Shown here piece after piece: positions 38,675 through 48,153 of a stretch of 64,000 bases of DNA. Position numbers and translations under genes: made by a program. Within the stretch, counting starts at the first letter, position 1; each line of letters opens with the position of its first letter. This DNA is from Fibrobacteria bacterium (GTDB lineage: Bacteria; Fibrobacterota; Chitinivibrionia; Chitinivibrionales; FEN-1185), in assembly GCA_037447435.1 (NCBI GenBank), contig JBBIGR010000007.1, forward strand, positions 64,001 through 128,000, in the 5' to 3' direction. The notes under the pieces were generated by a model. It saw nothing but the letters and a program-made list of their open reading frames with translations, was not told where the DNA came from and searched no databases.

Positions 38675-39664
38675 ATGAGTGTGGACATTACGGCCTTGAA
38701 TGAAAAAATCAAAGAAGAAAGCAGTTTCGTAACATTGCTTCGCAACGAAATGGCGAAAGTCATTGTAGGCCAAACTAAAATGGTGGACAGGTTGCTGATC
38801 GGTCTCTTGACCAAGGGACATATATTGCTTGAAGGCGTTCCGGGACTTGCGAAAACCCTGGCCATTTCGACGCTCGCCAAAACGATAGATACCAAATTCC
38901 AGCGTATACAGTTTACACCCGATCTGTTGCCCGCCGACCTTGTCGGTACACTGATTTACAATCAGAAAACATCGGAATTCGTCCCGAAAAAAGGCCCGTT
39001 GTTCTCCAATATCATCCTTGCCGACGAAATAAACCGCGCCCCCGCAAAAGTGCAAAGCGCCCTGCTCGAAGCCATGCAGGAACGTCAGGTGACCATCGGA
39101 GACACCACATACCCGCTCGACGATCCGTTTTTGGTCCTTGCGACGCAAAATCCTATTGAGCAAGAAGGAACGTATCCGCTTCCCGAAGCGCAGGTCGACC
39201 GGTTCATGTTGAAACTGAAAATCGTCTACCCGACAAAGGAAGAAGAAAAGGCGATACTTTCCAAAATGGGAAAAGGCGACGTGCCCGACGTTGCAAAGGT
39301 GATCACCGTTGACAAGATAATAAAAGCCCGCACGGTTGTGAATGAGATTTACATGGACCCAAAGGTCGAAGACTATATCATAAACATCGTGTTTGCGACA
39401 CGGGAACCCGAAAAGACCGGGCTTAAGGACCTCAAAGACCTGATCGCGTTCGGCGCGTCGCCGCGAGCCACGTTGTTTTTGGCCCGCGTTGCCCGCGCCC
39501 ATGCGTTTTTGCGCGGTCGCGGCTATGTCACTCCCGAAGACATCAAATCCGTCGGCCTCGATGTTCTTCGCCATCGCGTGCTGCTTACCTACGAGGCTGA
39601 AGCGGAAAACGTCACGCCGGAAGACGTCATTCAAAAGGTTTTCGACAGCATAGAAGTACCATAG
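38675..39664 (+). CDS. moxR: MoxR-family AAA+ ATPase
   Basis: EGVPGLAKT, RIQFTPDLLPAD, LADEINRAPAKVQSALLEAM, GASPRA. Confidence 0.95.
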   Translation: MSVDITALNEKIKEESSFVTLLRNEMAKVIVGQTKMVDRLLIGLLTKGHILLEGVPGLAKTLAISTLAKTIDTKFQRIQFTPDLLPADLVGTLIYNQKTSEFVPKKGPLFSNIILADEINRAPAKVQSALLEAMQERQVTIGDTTYPLDDPFLVLATQNPIEQEGTYPLPEAQVDRFMLKLKIVYPTKEEEKAILSKMGKGDVPDVAKVITVDKIIKARTVVNEIYMDPKVEDYIINIVFATREPEKTGLKDLKDLIAFGASPRATLFLARVARAHAFLRGRGYVTPEDIKSVGLDVLRHRVLLTYEAEAENVTPEDVIQKVFDSIEVP

Positions 39665-39668
39665 TATA

Positions 39669-40679
39669 ATGGTTGTAACCATGGGTATGCTTTTACGAAA
39701 AATTGATTGGTTGATTTGCGGTTGCGCCGTTGCGGCCGCGGCGTTGCCCGTTTTTGCGGAAAAAATCCTGATGTACGACGAGGAAAAAGGCATTATTTTC
39801 GTCGACAAAGACGCCGCGTCATCCAAGCCCGCGCTGCCGCAACCCGTGGACCCAAAAGTAAACGAAAAACCCGTTGTTAAAAAACGACCGCAGGCAACGG
39901 CGCCCCAGAGCGCCAATGTCAATAACGGACTCATTTACGGCAAGAAAAAAGACCCGTCGCACGTCTATTTGGAATCGGGCCTGCAGTATTTCAAGGCAGG
40001 CAATTACGATAATGCGTTGCAAATGTTCATTCACGCCGATTCGATAGACCCGCAACCGTTGTACAGTTTATGGATAGGTAAAACCTATCGCCAGCTCGGC
40101 AAAGGCGATCAGGAATTGTTTATCATGAAACGGATCCTTTCCACATACCCGGACAGCAGCGTGGCTGCCGATGCGTTGTTCGAAATCGGTTTTTATTACC
40201 AAACGTCCGACGATTACGAAAAGGCCGCCGCAACCTATACGCAATTGACAGAGCAATATCCGTTCGGCAAATCGTATTCGAACGGCGAGGAGTTCCGCGA
40301 TGTTGCGAAACGCCTTAAACAAATGATGCGGTCCGACATGATTTCGACCCTGCGCATTCTTGGATATAAAGGGAGCGAGCTGGAAGATTTGTATCAGAGC
40401 TTTCAAAAAGACCACGGTCTGGCCGTCACCGGTCTCGGCAACAAGGAAACGGTTTCGCTCATAAAACAGCAATATCGGGAATTTCAAAACAAAGAGGCGT
40501 CTTCGTCTGCAAAGCAGTCGCAGAACGAAAAATACGTTTCCCTGAGCATCGGGCTCTCGGGTCTGTGCGCTTTCCTTTGCATCATCATGGTGTTTGCCCG
40601 TATTTCGGCACGGGGGAAAAAGCGGCATTGCCTGGCGCTCGCTCAGACGCTTTCCGATCTTGACACGAGGAAAATATGA
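39669..40679 (+). CDS. Exported TPR protein with peptidoglycan-binding-like segment and C-terminal TM
   Basis: Signal peptide ending VFA; TPR motifs (YPDS..A.DALFEIG); FQKDHGLAVTG..NKET; hydrophobic segment near the C-terminus. Confidence 0.7.
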   Translation: MVVTMGMLLRKIDWLICGCAVAAAALPVFAEKILMYDEEKGIIFVDKDAASSKPALPQPVDPKVNEKPVVKKRPQATAPQSANVNNGLIYGKKKDPSHVYLESGLQYFKAGNYDNALQMFIHADSIDPQPLYSLWIGKTYRQLGKGDQELFIMKRILSTYPDSSVAADALFEIGFYYQTSDDYEKAAATYTQLTEQYPFGKSYSNGEEFRDVAKRLKQMMRSDMISTLRILGYKGSELEDLYQSFQKDHGLAVTGLGNKETVSLIKQQYREFQNKEASSSAKQSQNEKYVSLSIGLSGLCAFLCIIMVFARISARGKKRHCLALAQTLSDLDTRKI

Positions 40680-41554
40680 TACCAAAAGAAGTGTTACAGA
40701 AAGTCAGACGAATCGAAATACGCACCCGAAGCATCGTCGAGTCTATTTTGTCGGGCGAATACCAGAGCGTGTTCAAAGGCCGCGGCATGGAATTCTCCGA
40801 AGTCAGGACCTATACGGACGGCGACGACATCCGGTCGATAGACTGGAACGTCACCGCCCGCATGGGACAACCGTATGTCAAGAAGTATACGGAAGAACGC
40901 GAGCTCACGGTCATGCTCGTGGTCGACGCGTCGATGTCGGGGCATTTCGGTTCGGTCGAGCGTTTCAAAGACGAAATCGGCGTAGAGTTGTGCGCGTTAC
41001 TTGCGTTTTCGGCGATAAAAAACAACGACAGGGTCGGCCTCATTATCTTTACTTCCGAGGTCGAGACCTATATCCCGCCCAAAAAAGGAAAAAACCATGT
41101 GCTGCGCGTGATCCGCGAGCTCTTGTACTTTAAGCCGCAAAAAAAAGGGACCAACATAGCCGAGGCGTTTGCGTATCTCAATCGGGTCGTTACAAAAAAA
41201 TCGGTCGTGTTCTGCGTTTCCGATTTCATCGCGACCGGCTACGAAGCCGCGCTTCGCGTTGCTGCGCGGCGTCACGATTTGATTGCGGTCACGCTTTCGG
41301 ATCCCCGCGAAAGCAGCCTGCCGGCCATCGGCCTGGTCGAACTGGTGGATCCCGAAACCGGTAAAACCGTGCTGGTTGACTCGCGCGACAAATCGCTGCA
41401 AAGCATTTTCGCAAACCAAACCGAAAAACGCCGCGGCAATCTCACGTCGTTTTTCAGGGCGAACGGCATCGACGAAATTCCTATCTCGACACAGGGCGAT
41501 TATGTCGAACCCCTGGTAAAATTTTTCAGGAAACGGGAGAAGATGATACGGTGA
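40676..41554 (+). CDS. DUF58 (VWA-like) MoxR partner
   Basis: GRGMEFSEVR.Y..GDDIRSIDWNVTAR, EERE, DASMS, SDF. Confidence 0.93.
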   Translation: MIPKEVLQKVRRIEIRTRSIVESILSGEYQSVFKGRGMEFSEVRTYTDGDDIRSIDWNVTARMGQPYVKKYTEERELTVMLVVDASMSGHFGSVERFKDEIGVELCALLAFSAIKNNDRVGLIIFTSEVETYIPPKKGKNHVLRVIRELLYFKPQKKGTNIAEAFAYLNRVVTKKSVVFCVSDFIATGYEAALRVAARRHDLIAVTLSDPRESSLPAIGLVELVDPETGKTVLVDSRDKSLQSIFANQTEKRRGNLTSFFRANGIDEIPISTQGDYVEPLVKFFRKREKMIR

Positions 41555-42729
41555 ACGATTTCATAACGACGGAAGCAAAAAAAGCGTATCCTCTTGCCGT
41601 TTCGATACGGCGAAATTTGCATATGCACCCCGAACTTTCCACAAAAGAGTTCCGATCGGCCAAGCTGGTTTTCGATCATTTAAAGGAATTGGGACTCAAA
41701 CCGTCCTATTGCTGCGACAAGACCGGCGTCACCGCGACCATCGGCAACGGGGCGGGCAAAACCGCGGTCATCCGCGCCGATATGGACGCATTGCCGATTC
41801 ACGAAGAAACGGGGCTTGCTTTTTCATCAAAAGTCCCGGGCGTCATGCATGCCTGCGGTCACGACATGCACACGGGAATACTGGTGGGAGCGGCGCAGGC
41901 GCTTATTGCTTGTAAAGATCGTTGGAAAGGCAACGCGGTGCTTTTGTTCCAGCCGAGCGAGGAAATGGCTCCGGGCGGGGCGGTTTCGATGATACGCGAA
42001 AAGGCGTTTCCGCAGTCCGCCGATGCGGTGTTCGGATTGCATGTGAGCACCGATCACGCCTGCGGTACGGTCGGGCTCAAGAGCGGTCCCGATTATGCAG
42101 GAGTCGTGGATTTCGAGGTCGTTGTAAAAGTAAAGGGCGGTCACGGCGCGGCCCCGGAAACGACCGCAGACCCCATTGTCTGCAGCTGCGCGATAATAGC
42201 TCAATTGCAAACATTGGTGTCGCGCGAATCGCCGTCGCATGAGCCGTGCGTCGTGACCGTGGGTACGTTTCACAGCGGCACCAAACAAAACATTATTCCC
42301 ACCGAAGCGAAATTTTCCGGCACTATTCGCGCATTGTCGGATGCGCATTTGGAATTCCTCCGCGTCCGTCTCGGGGAAATCGTGCTGGCCATTGCGGCGT
42401 CATACAAAGCGCAGGTTGCCGTGCGATACGAAAAAGCCTATCCGCCGGGCTACAACGATCCGGCGTTGACCCAAAAAGCAAAGCAGGTCTTGTCGAAAAC
42501 GCTTGGCGAAAAAAAAGTGCATATGCGCGAAGCGCCGGTCATGCTTGCCGAGGATTTTGCCTATTATCAAAAAAAAGTACCGGGTGTATACGTGCATCTG
42601 GGGGTGCGGCCTTTGCAAAAAAAGAGCGTTCCGGGAATTCACACGCCGTTTTTTGTGCCTTGCGAGAGCGCCATACTGACGGGAATTGCTGTACATGTTT
42701 CGCTGGCAACTGATATTTTATCGGTATAA
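41551..42729 (+). CDS. M20D-family amidohydrolase
   Basis: HMHPELS, RADMDALP, HACGHD.H, FQPSEE, EDF. Confidence 0.93.
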   Translation: MNDFITTEAKKAYPLAVSIRRNLHMHPELSTKEFRSAKLVFDHLKELGLKPSYCCDKTGVTATIGNGAGKTAVIRADMDALPIHEETGLAFSSKVPGVMHACGHDMHTGILVGAAQALIACKDRWKGNAVLLFQPSEEMAPGGAVSMIREKAFPQSADAVFGLHVSTDHACGTVGLKSGPDYAGVVDFEVVVKVKGGHGAAPETTADPIVCSCAIIAQLQTLVSRESPSHEPCVVTVGTFHSGTKQNIIPTEAKFSGTIRALSDAHLEFLRVRLGEIVLAIAASYKAQVAVRYEKAYPPGYNDPALTQKAKQVLSKTLGEKKVHMREAPVMLAEDFAYYQKKVPGVYVHLGVRPLQKKSVPGIHTPFFVPCESAILTGIAVHVSLATDILSV

Positions 42730-43535
42730 TGGCCACAAAAAGACCCAAAAATCCAAAACAGGTTCTGGACGACATTGCCGATTCTTTCGGTGCGGCCCTG
42801 CGCGAGGCAATCGAGAATTTCGGCGCAATATGCATGTTTTTTTTTCAAACCGCTTTATCGGTACCTGCGTCGCTTAAAAAAACGAATCTGGTTCTGGAGC
42901 AAATGGTCAGAATCGGCATTCATTCGTTGTCCGTGGTTTTTTTGGCCTCGGTTTTCATCGGTGCGGTTTCGGTATGGCAGGCGCAACATCTTATCGGCGA
43001 TATTATCCCTAAAACGTACATATCGTTTGCGGTTGGAAAGGCCTTATTCACCGACCTGGGGCCGGTGCTTATCGCGCTGGTGCTCACCGGCAGGATCGGT
43101 GCGCGTCTCGCCGCCGAACTCGGCACCATGAAAGTGACCGAGCAGCTTGACGCAATGATATGTCTTTCCCTTAACCCGTATTCTTATCTGTTGTCGCCGC
43201 GTATTTTGGCAGGTTTCTTCATGACGCCGTTTCTTATGATTTTTTCCTTTTTCTTCGCGGTGCTCAGCGCACAGCTTCTCACGACGCTGGCGCTCGGCGT
43301 GAGCGTGGAATCGTTCTACAATTCCATGCGGATGTTGTTTCATGTCAACGATATCATGATCGGTATTGTCAAGGGATTCGTCTTCGGCGGCAGCATCGCC
43401 CTGTGCGGGTGTTATTACGGCTTTTTTACGCGCGGCGGCGCGGTCGGCGTCGGCGAAGCGACCAAGAAAGCGGTCGTCGGCGCGTCTATCCTCATTCTAT
43501 TCTTCAATGTCGTTGTCAATTTCATCATGATGTAA
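42729..43535 (+). CDS. mlaE: MlaE-family ABC permease
   Basis: LGPVL.ALVL.GR.GA..AAELGTMKVTEQLDA; GGAVGVG.AT..AVV. Confidence 0.9.
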   Translation: MATKRPKNPKQVLDDIADSFGAALREAIENFGAICMFFFQTALSVPASLKKTNLVLEQMVRIGIHSLSVVFLASVFIGAVSVWQAQHLIGDIIPKTYISFAVGKALFTDLGPVLIALVLTGRIGARLAAELGTMKVTEQLDAMICLSLNPYSYLLSPRILAGFFMTPFLMIFSFFFAVLSAQLLTTLALGVSVESFYNSMRMLFHVNDIMIGIVKGFVFGGSIALCGCYYGFFTRGGAVGVGEATKKAVVGASILILFFNVVVNFIMM

Positions 43536-43555
43536 ACGCCTCAATAGGGCGGGAT

Positions 43556-44428
43556 CTACGAAATCCGAACCCTGATGAATTCGGCCAGATCGGAAAGGAT
43601 TTGCCCTTTGTCGCCCAAAAAACCGATGTCGTTTTTCGCATTATCAATGAGTTCCTTGGCATAGCGTTTAGACTGCTGCATTCCCACTATCGACGGAAAC
43701 GTGGCTTTGCCTTTTTCCCGGTCGCTTCCCGCATCTTTGCCGATTTGTTCCGTGGTACCTTCTTCGTCGAGAATATCGTCGATTACCTGAAACGCCAGCC
43801 CCACATTGTCTCCGTACGATGATAATTTGTCTATGGCCGATTGCTGCGCATTCGCCAGCATTGCTCCGGCGCGAACGCAGGCGCGGATGAAAACGGCTGT
43901 TTTGTTCTTATGGATATATTCCAGTGTTTCGCGCGTCGCGACCGTACCTTCGCTTTCGATATCGACGACCTGGCCGCCGATCATGCCGCTTGTTCCCAAC
44001 GCGCTTGCTATTTCAACGATGATTTGCGGGTTTCCTATGCGTCCAAGGCATTCGAATGCGTAAATGCACAACGCATCGCCGCCAAGCACGGCAAGTTCTT
44101 CGTTGAACGCCTTGTGCGCGGTCGGTTTGCCGCGGCGGAAATCATCGTCGTCCATGCACGGCAAATCGTCGTGGATAAGCGAGAACGTGTGCAGCATTTC
44201 GACCGCCGACCCGGCAAGCAGCGCCTTGGATTCGCCGAAGGTGCCGCCGCAGGCCTCGTACGACGCCATGATCAGGCAAGGCCTGACGCGTTTGCCGCCT
44301 GCGAAAATGCTGTATCTCATCAGTGAATGCACCGATTGAGGATATGTTTTTTCCTGCGGCAACAATTTGTCGAGCTCCGCGTCGATTGCCGTCGCAACCG
44401 CTTTCATGTAGGTTTTAAGGTCGGTCAT
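43556..44428 (-). CDS. ispA: Farnesyl/geranylgeranyl diphosphate synthase
   Basis: GGKRVRP, HDDLPCMDDDDFRRG, GQ..D, FQVIDDILD. Confidence 0.93.
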   Translation of the reverse strand: MTDLKTYMKAVATAIDAELDKLLPQEKTYPQSVHSLMRYSIFAGGKRVRPCLIMASYEACGGTFGESKALLAGSAVEMLHTFSLIHDDLPCMDDDDFRRGKPTAHKAFNEELAVLGGDALCIYAFECLGRIGNPQIIVEIASALGTSGMIGGQVVDIESEGTVATRETLEYIHKNKTAVFIRACVRAGAMLANAQQSAIDKLSSYGDNVGLAFQVIDDILDEEGTTEQIGKDAGSDREKGKATFPSIVGMQQSKRYAKELIDNAKNDIGFLGDKGQILSDLAEFIRVRIS

Positions 44429-44432
44429 GTTG

Positions 44433-44684
44433 TTATTCCTCGTCAAGCGAGTCGGTAGAGGTATGTAAAACCGATTCAATGAATTGTCCGTCTTTTCCGG
44501 TCAAAAGCTCGGTCAGTTTTCCTTCGGCCGTCTTCAAATGCGTATTGCACGTTTTCATAAGGCCGATGCCCTTTTCGAAATATTCGAGCGCGCTTGTCAA
44601 GGTAAGGTCGGGGCTTTCGAGTTTAGCCACGATTTTCTCAAGGTCTTTAATTGCGGTTTCGAAACTCGGTTCGTTTTTAGGCAT
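44433..44684 (-). CDS. xseB: Exodeoxyribonuclease VII small subunit
   Basis: SFETAIKDLEKIV..LE...L...L..FEKG; sits in the xseA-xseB-ispA order. Confidence 0.93.
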   Translation of the reverse strand: MPKNEPSFETAIKDLEKIVAKLESPDLTLTSALEYFEKGIGLMKTCNTHLKTAEGKLTELLTGKDGQFIESVLHTSTDSLDEE

Positions 44685-45917
44685 TTATGATAATTCCTTT
44701 GATTTTACGTCAGCCGTTGCCTTACCGGTATGAAAATATATCGTAATCTGGTCGTTGATAATAAGGTCGTCGGCATTTTTTACGGTATTGCCGTTTTTGT
44801 CCGAAACGATGCTGTAGCCGCGCGACATAACTCCAAGCGGGCTTAAAGCCTGCAAGCGGCCTGCGGCGTTGGCAAGCGTGCTTTTTACCTTGTCTAAAAA
44901 TACTCTCATTGCACGCTCGGCTCGGCCCGAAAAATCGTCGAGCGTTTGCGATGCGTCCGATAGCAGCCGCTGTGGTTGCCGCCAGGCCATTTTACGGGCC
45001 ATGGTCCGATGGGTTTGCCTGCATGCCTCGAAATAGGACATGAACGCGCCGTACATATGTTGACATAATGAAATAAAATACCGCGTGTTTTCGGCATCGT
45101 CGGGAATGATCATTTCGGCTGCTGCCGACGGCGTCGGCGCCCGAAGATCTGCGACAAAGTCGGCAATCGTAAAATCGATTTCATGTCCCACAGCCGAAAC
45201 AATGGGGATTTTCGACGCAAAAATCGCACGGGCCACTCTTTCGTCGTTAAAAGCCCAAAGGTCTTCTATGGACCCGCCGCCGCGCCCCAGGATAATGCAA
45301 TCCACTCCGGCGTATCCGTTCATGGTCTCTATGGCCTGCACGATTCTTTGCGGAGCGGCTTCCCCCTGGACCGGTATGTCCAAAACAACGATGTCGGTGC
45401 GGGGCGACCGGGAACGGACAACCTTGATAATGTCGAATAATGCCGCTCCCTGTTTCGAAGAGAGAACGCCGAGCCGGTTAATGGTCGCCGGGATGGGCTT
45501 TTTGCGTGTCGCGTCGAAAAGCCCTTCCTTTTCAAGTTTTTCTTTTAAGGCAAGGAATGCGGCGTATAGCGCGCCGAGGCCGGCTTCCTGCATTTTGTGT
45601 ATATCAAGCTGGTAATAGCCGCCTTTTTGATAGACGCGTATCGATGCGATGACCAAAACCTGCATGCCGTCCTGGGGCGAAAATTTCATTTGGGAAAACG
45701 TCTGTTTCCAAATCACGGCCGGGATTTGGGACGAATCGTCTTTGAGCCGCAAATAGCAATGACCGCTGGACGCCTGCTTGAAATTCGACAATTCTCCTTC
45801 GACCCAAACAAGGGTATTGCCGCTTTCGATGATGCGGCTTATTCCGTCGTTGATTTGGGAAATGGTATACGGTTGCTCCGACGTTTGGGGCGTGGCAAAG
45901 GTGAATGCCGCACTCAT
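44685..45917 (-). CDS. xseA: Exodeoxyribonuclease VII large subunit
   Basis: WVEGELSNF..SGH.Y..LKD, RGGGSIEDLWAFN, VGHEID, TPSAAAE. Confidence 0.96.
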   Translation of the reverse strand: MSAAFTFATPQTSEQPYTISQINDGISRIIESGNTLVWVEGELSNFKQASSGHCYLRLKDDSSQIPAVIWKQTFSQMKFSPQDGMQVLVIASIRVYQKGGYYQLDIHKMQEAGLGALYAAFLALKEKLEKEGLFDATRKKPIPATINRLGVLSSKQGAALFDIIKVVRSRSPRTDIVVLDIPVQGEAAPQRIVQAIETMNGYAGVDCIILGRGGGSIEDLWAFNDERVARAIFASKIPIVSAVGHEIDFTIADFVADLRAPTPSAAAEMIIPDDAENTRYFISLCQHMYGAFMSYFEACRQTHRTMARKMAWRQPQRLLSDASQTLDDFSGRAERAMRVFLDKVKSTLANAAGRLQALSPLGVMSRGYSIVSDKNGNTVKNADDLIINDQITIYFHTGKATADVKSKELS

Positions 45918-46702
45918 GGAAATTGCAGCCGTTCGTAAACGCGTTTAATGGACAATGCCTTGCCCGATGCATCATCAACCTCGATGACCACGTTGAGCAT
46001 GGGTCCTTTTTCCGACGGCTCGAACCGTGTGGGGGTTTGGAAAAGGAAGCGATGCAAAACGCCTTCCATTTTCATGCCGATCGCCGAGTCTTCGGGGCCG
46101 GTAAGCCCGGCATCGGAAATATAGGCGGTCCCGTTTTGCAAAATGATTTCATCCGCGGTTTGAACGTGAGTATGCGTTCCAATGACCGCGCTTACTTTTC
46201 CGTCAAGATACGCGGCCAAGGCCTTTTTTTCGCTGGTCGCTTCGGCATGAATGTCCACAAGAATGCACGGAGTCGTTTTTCGTATTTCTTCGACAGCGGC
46301 AAGCGCGGTGCGAAACGGGCAATCGAGATGTTCGTTGAAATATACCCTTCCCTGTACATTAATGACGCCGATGCGGCGATTGTCGGGCAGGGTAAAAACG
46401 GTTGTCCCTTTTCCAGGGTTGCAAGCAGGGTAATTGTGCGGCCTGAGAAAATAAGGGTTGGTTTTAAGGTCGTCCATGCAATCCTGATTGGAAAACGAAT
46501 GGTTTCCGCCCGTGACCACATGAACCCCGAATTTATGCAGCTTGGAAAGCAAATTACTGGTAACGCCGTGCCCGCCCGCGATGTTTTCTGCATTCGCAAT
46601 GCACACGTCTATGGCGTTTTCCGTATTGAATGTCTCCAGCCGTTCGGCGAGGATGCGTTTACCGATCGTACCGAAAATGTCTCCGATAAAAAATATTTTC
46701 AT
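45914..46702 (-). CDS. ymdB: YmdB-like (TIGR00282) metallophosphoesterase
   Basis: IGDIFG, NAEN, GNH, HAEATSEK, GTHTHVQT. Confidence 0.9.
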   Translation of the reverse strand: MKIFFIGDIFGTIGKRILAERLETFNTENAIDVCIANAENIAGGHGVTSNLLSKLHKFGVHVVTGGNHSFSNQDCMDDLKTNPYFLRPHNYPACNPGKGTTVFTLPDNRRIGVINVQGRVYFNEHLDCPFRTALAAVEEIRKTTPCILVDIHAEATSEKKALAAYLDGKVSAVIGTHTHVQTADEIILQNGTAYISDAGLTGPEDSAIGMKMEGVLHRFLFQTPTRFEPSEKGPMLNVVIEVDDASGKALSIKRVYERLQFP

Positions 46703-46925
46703 AGGCCCGTAAAATACCCGATGGCTGCCCTGCCGTGCCACTCGGAATACTTGGGCAGGGGAAAAGCGATTAACCGATAGCCGTAGGATAAAATTTGTCA
46801 TATTTAGGAATGGATATTCCCAATATTACGAATCCGTTTCATTACTGAACAATCGTAAGCAATCGCACCGCCATTGACCTGCAATCGCTTTTCCGTTTTT
46901 TACCATTTCCCCTAAATCCTTCTTA

Positions 46926-46941
46926 TGGCATGTGTTTTGCG
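46926..46941 (+). promoter_or_regulatory. Possible sigma54 promoter
   Basis: TGGCATGTGTTTTGCG matches TGGCAYG-N4-TTGC, immediately before the radical SAM ATGs. Confidence 0.45.
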
Positions 46942-46948
46942 AAAGACA

Positions 46949-48028
46949 ATGTCCATGTTTATTCCATTGCATACCATTCATTTTAATTTTGCCAAAACCT
47001 GCAGCCTTTCGTGCCGGTTTTGCTATATCAACACGACTAAAAACCATACGGATTATTTATCCATCGATGAACTTGGTTCGTTTGCGGACGATGCCAAAAG
47101 TTTGGGCGCAAAACGTTTGATACTTTCCCAAGCAGAACCGTTATTACGGGGCGATTGGAGAACCGTTGCCCAAATCGGTAACGACCATGGCCTGGAAATC
47201 TCACTGGATACCACGGCGACGCTGGTCACCGAACCCGACATTCTGTTTCTTAAAACGCTCGCGCCAACATCCCATTCGATTTCCATTGACGGAAGAAAAA
47301 CAACCCACGATTCGCTGCATGGCATCAACGGCGCATACGATTCGTCGATGGCGAGCATGTATCGTTTCAAAGAAGCAGGACTTCAATTCGACATAACCAT
47401 GGCTTTATTGAGAGCAACGATTCCCGATATTCCGCATCTGACCAAATTGGCAAGGACATTCAAAAGTACGGCAAGGTTATCGTTTCGTCGCCGAAGCGGT
47501 AAGGAAATAAGAAGGGGAAACGAATATCCGAATCCGCGGGAGATTTTGCAGGTAAGGGAATATTGCCATATCATGCGGAAAAACGGTATCGATATGTTCC
47601 TGAATCTTCCGCCGTTACTTCAGTATATCGATGGAAGCATCCCGACGCGGGAATCGGTTCGCGAATGGGCAGAACCCTTTTGCGGATTACTTGCCAACGG
47701 CGACGCATCCATTTGCGGCGTCAGCGACGGCGTGCCCCTGCTTTTTGTCGGAAACGTAAAAGCCGAACCATTCAAGGAAATATGGACAAAGGCCGATGCG
47801 TTGAAACGAAGCATCTCTTATGAGGGAAATCGGGTCAACGGGATATGCGGCCGATGTCCCTTTAATTCGTATTGCAATGGCGCATGCCATCTTTGGTCGC
47901 ATCAAGAAGACGATGGTTGCCTTGGATTGCACGGTTTGTGCCAGAACTTTTACGACGAAGGATTTATTCCCGAGAATATTTTAAACCCGCCGATCGCCGC
48001 CGTTGCAAACCTTGAGAAATGTTTATAA
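46949..48028 (+). CDS. Radical SAM/SPASM-domain protein, atypical motifs
   Basis: CSLSCRFC; SISIDG...HD; C-terminal CGRC...CNGAC...C; GGEP replaced by QAEP. Confidence 0.8.
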   Translation: MSMFIPLHTIHFNFAKTCSLSCRFCYINTTKNHTDYLSIDELGSFADDAKSLGAKRLILSQAEPLLRGDWRTVAQIGNDHGLEISLDTTATLVTEPDILFLKTLAPTSHSISIDGRKTTHDSLHGINGAYDSSMASMYRFKEAGLQFDITMALLRATIPDIPHLTKLARTFKSTARLSFRRRSGKEIRRGNEYPNPREILQVREYCHIMRKNGIDMFLNLPPLLQYIDGSIPTRESVREWAEPFCGLLANGDASICGVSDGVPLLFVGNVKAEPFKEIWTKADALKRSISYEGNRVNGICGRCPFNSYCNGACHLWSHQEDDGCLGLHGLCQNFYDEGFIPENILNPPIAAVANLEKCL

Positions 48029-48153
48029 CAGGGGCTGTAGAAATTTAGACTACGCTTTTTTGCCCTAAACCTCTGTCCGGGCTTTTAAACGGGCCATTTT
48101 AATATATTTTCGTCAAAGGAATAGCCATTTACTTTTAATTGCGCGGAGGACTC

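Noticed and set aside
38645..39934. 429-aa antisense ORF, and similar ones at 17542-18492 and 53849-54874
   Set aside because: Shadow frames opposite well-supported genes, with no motifs of their own
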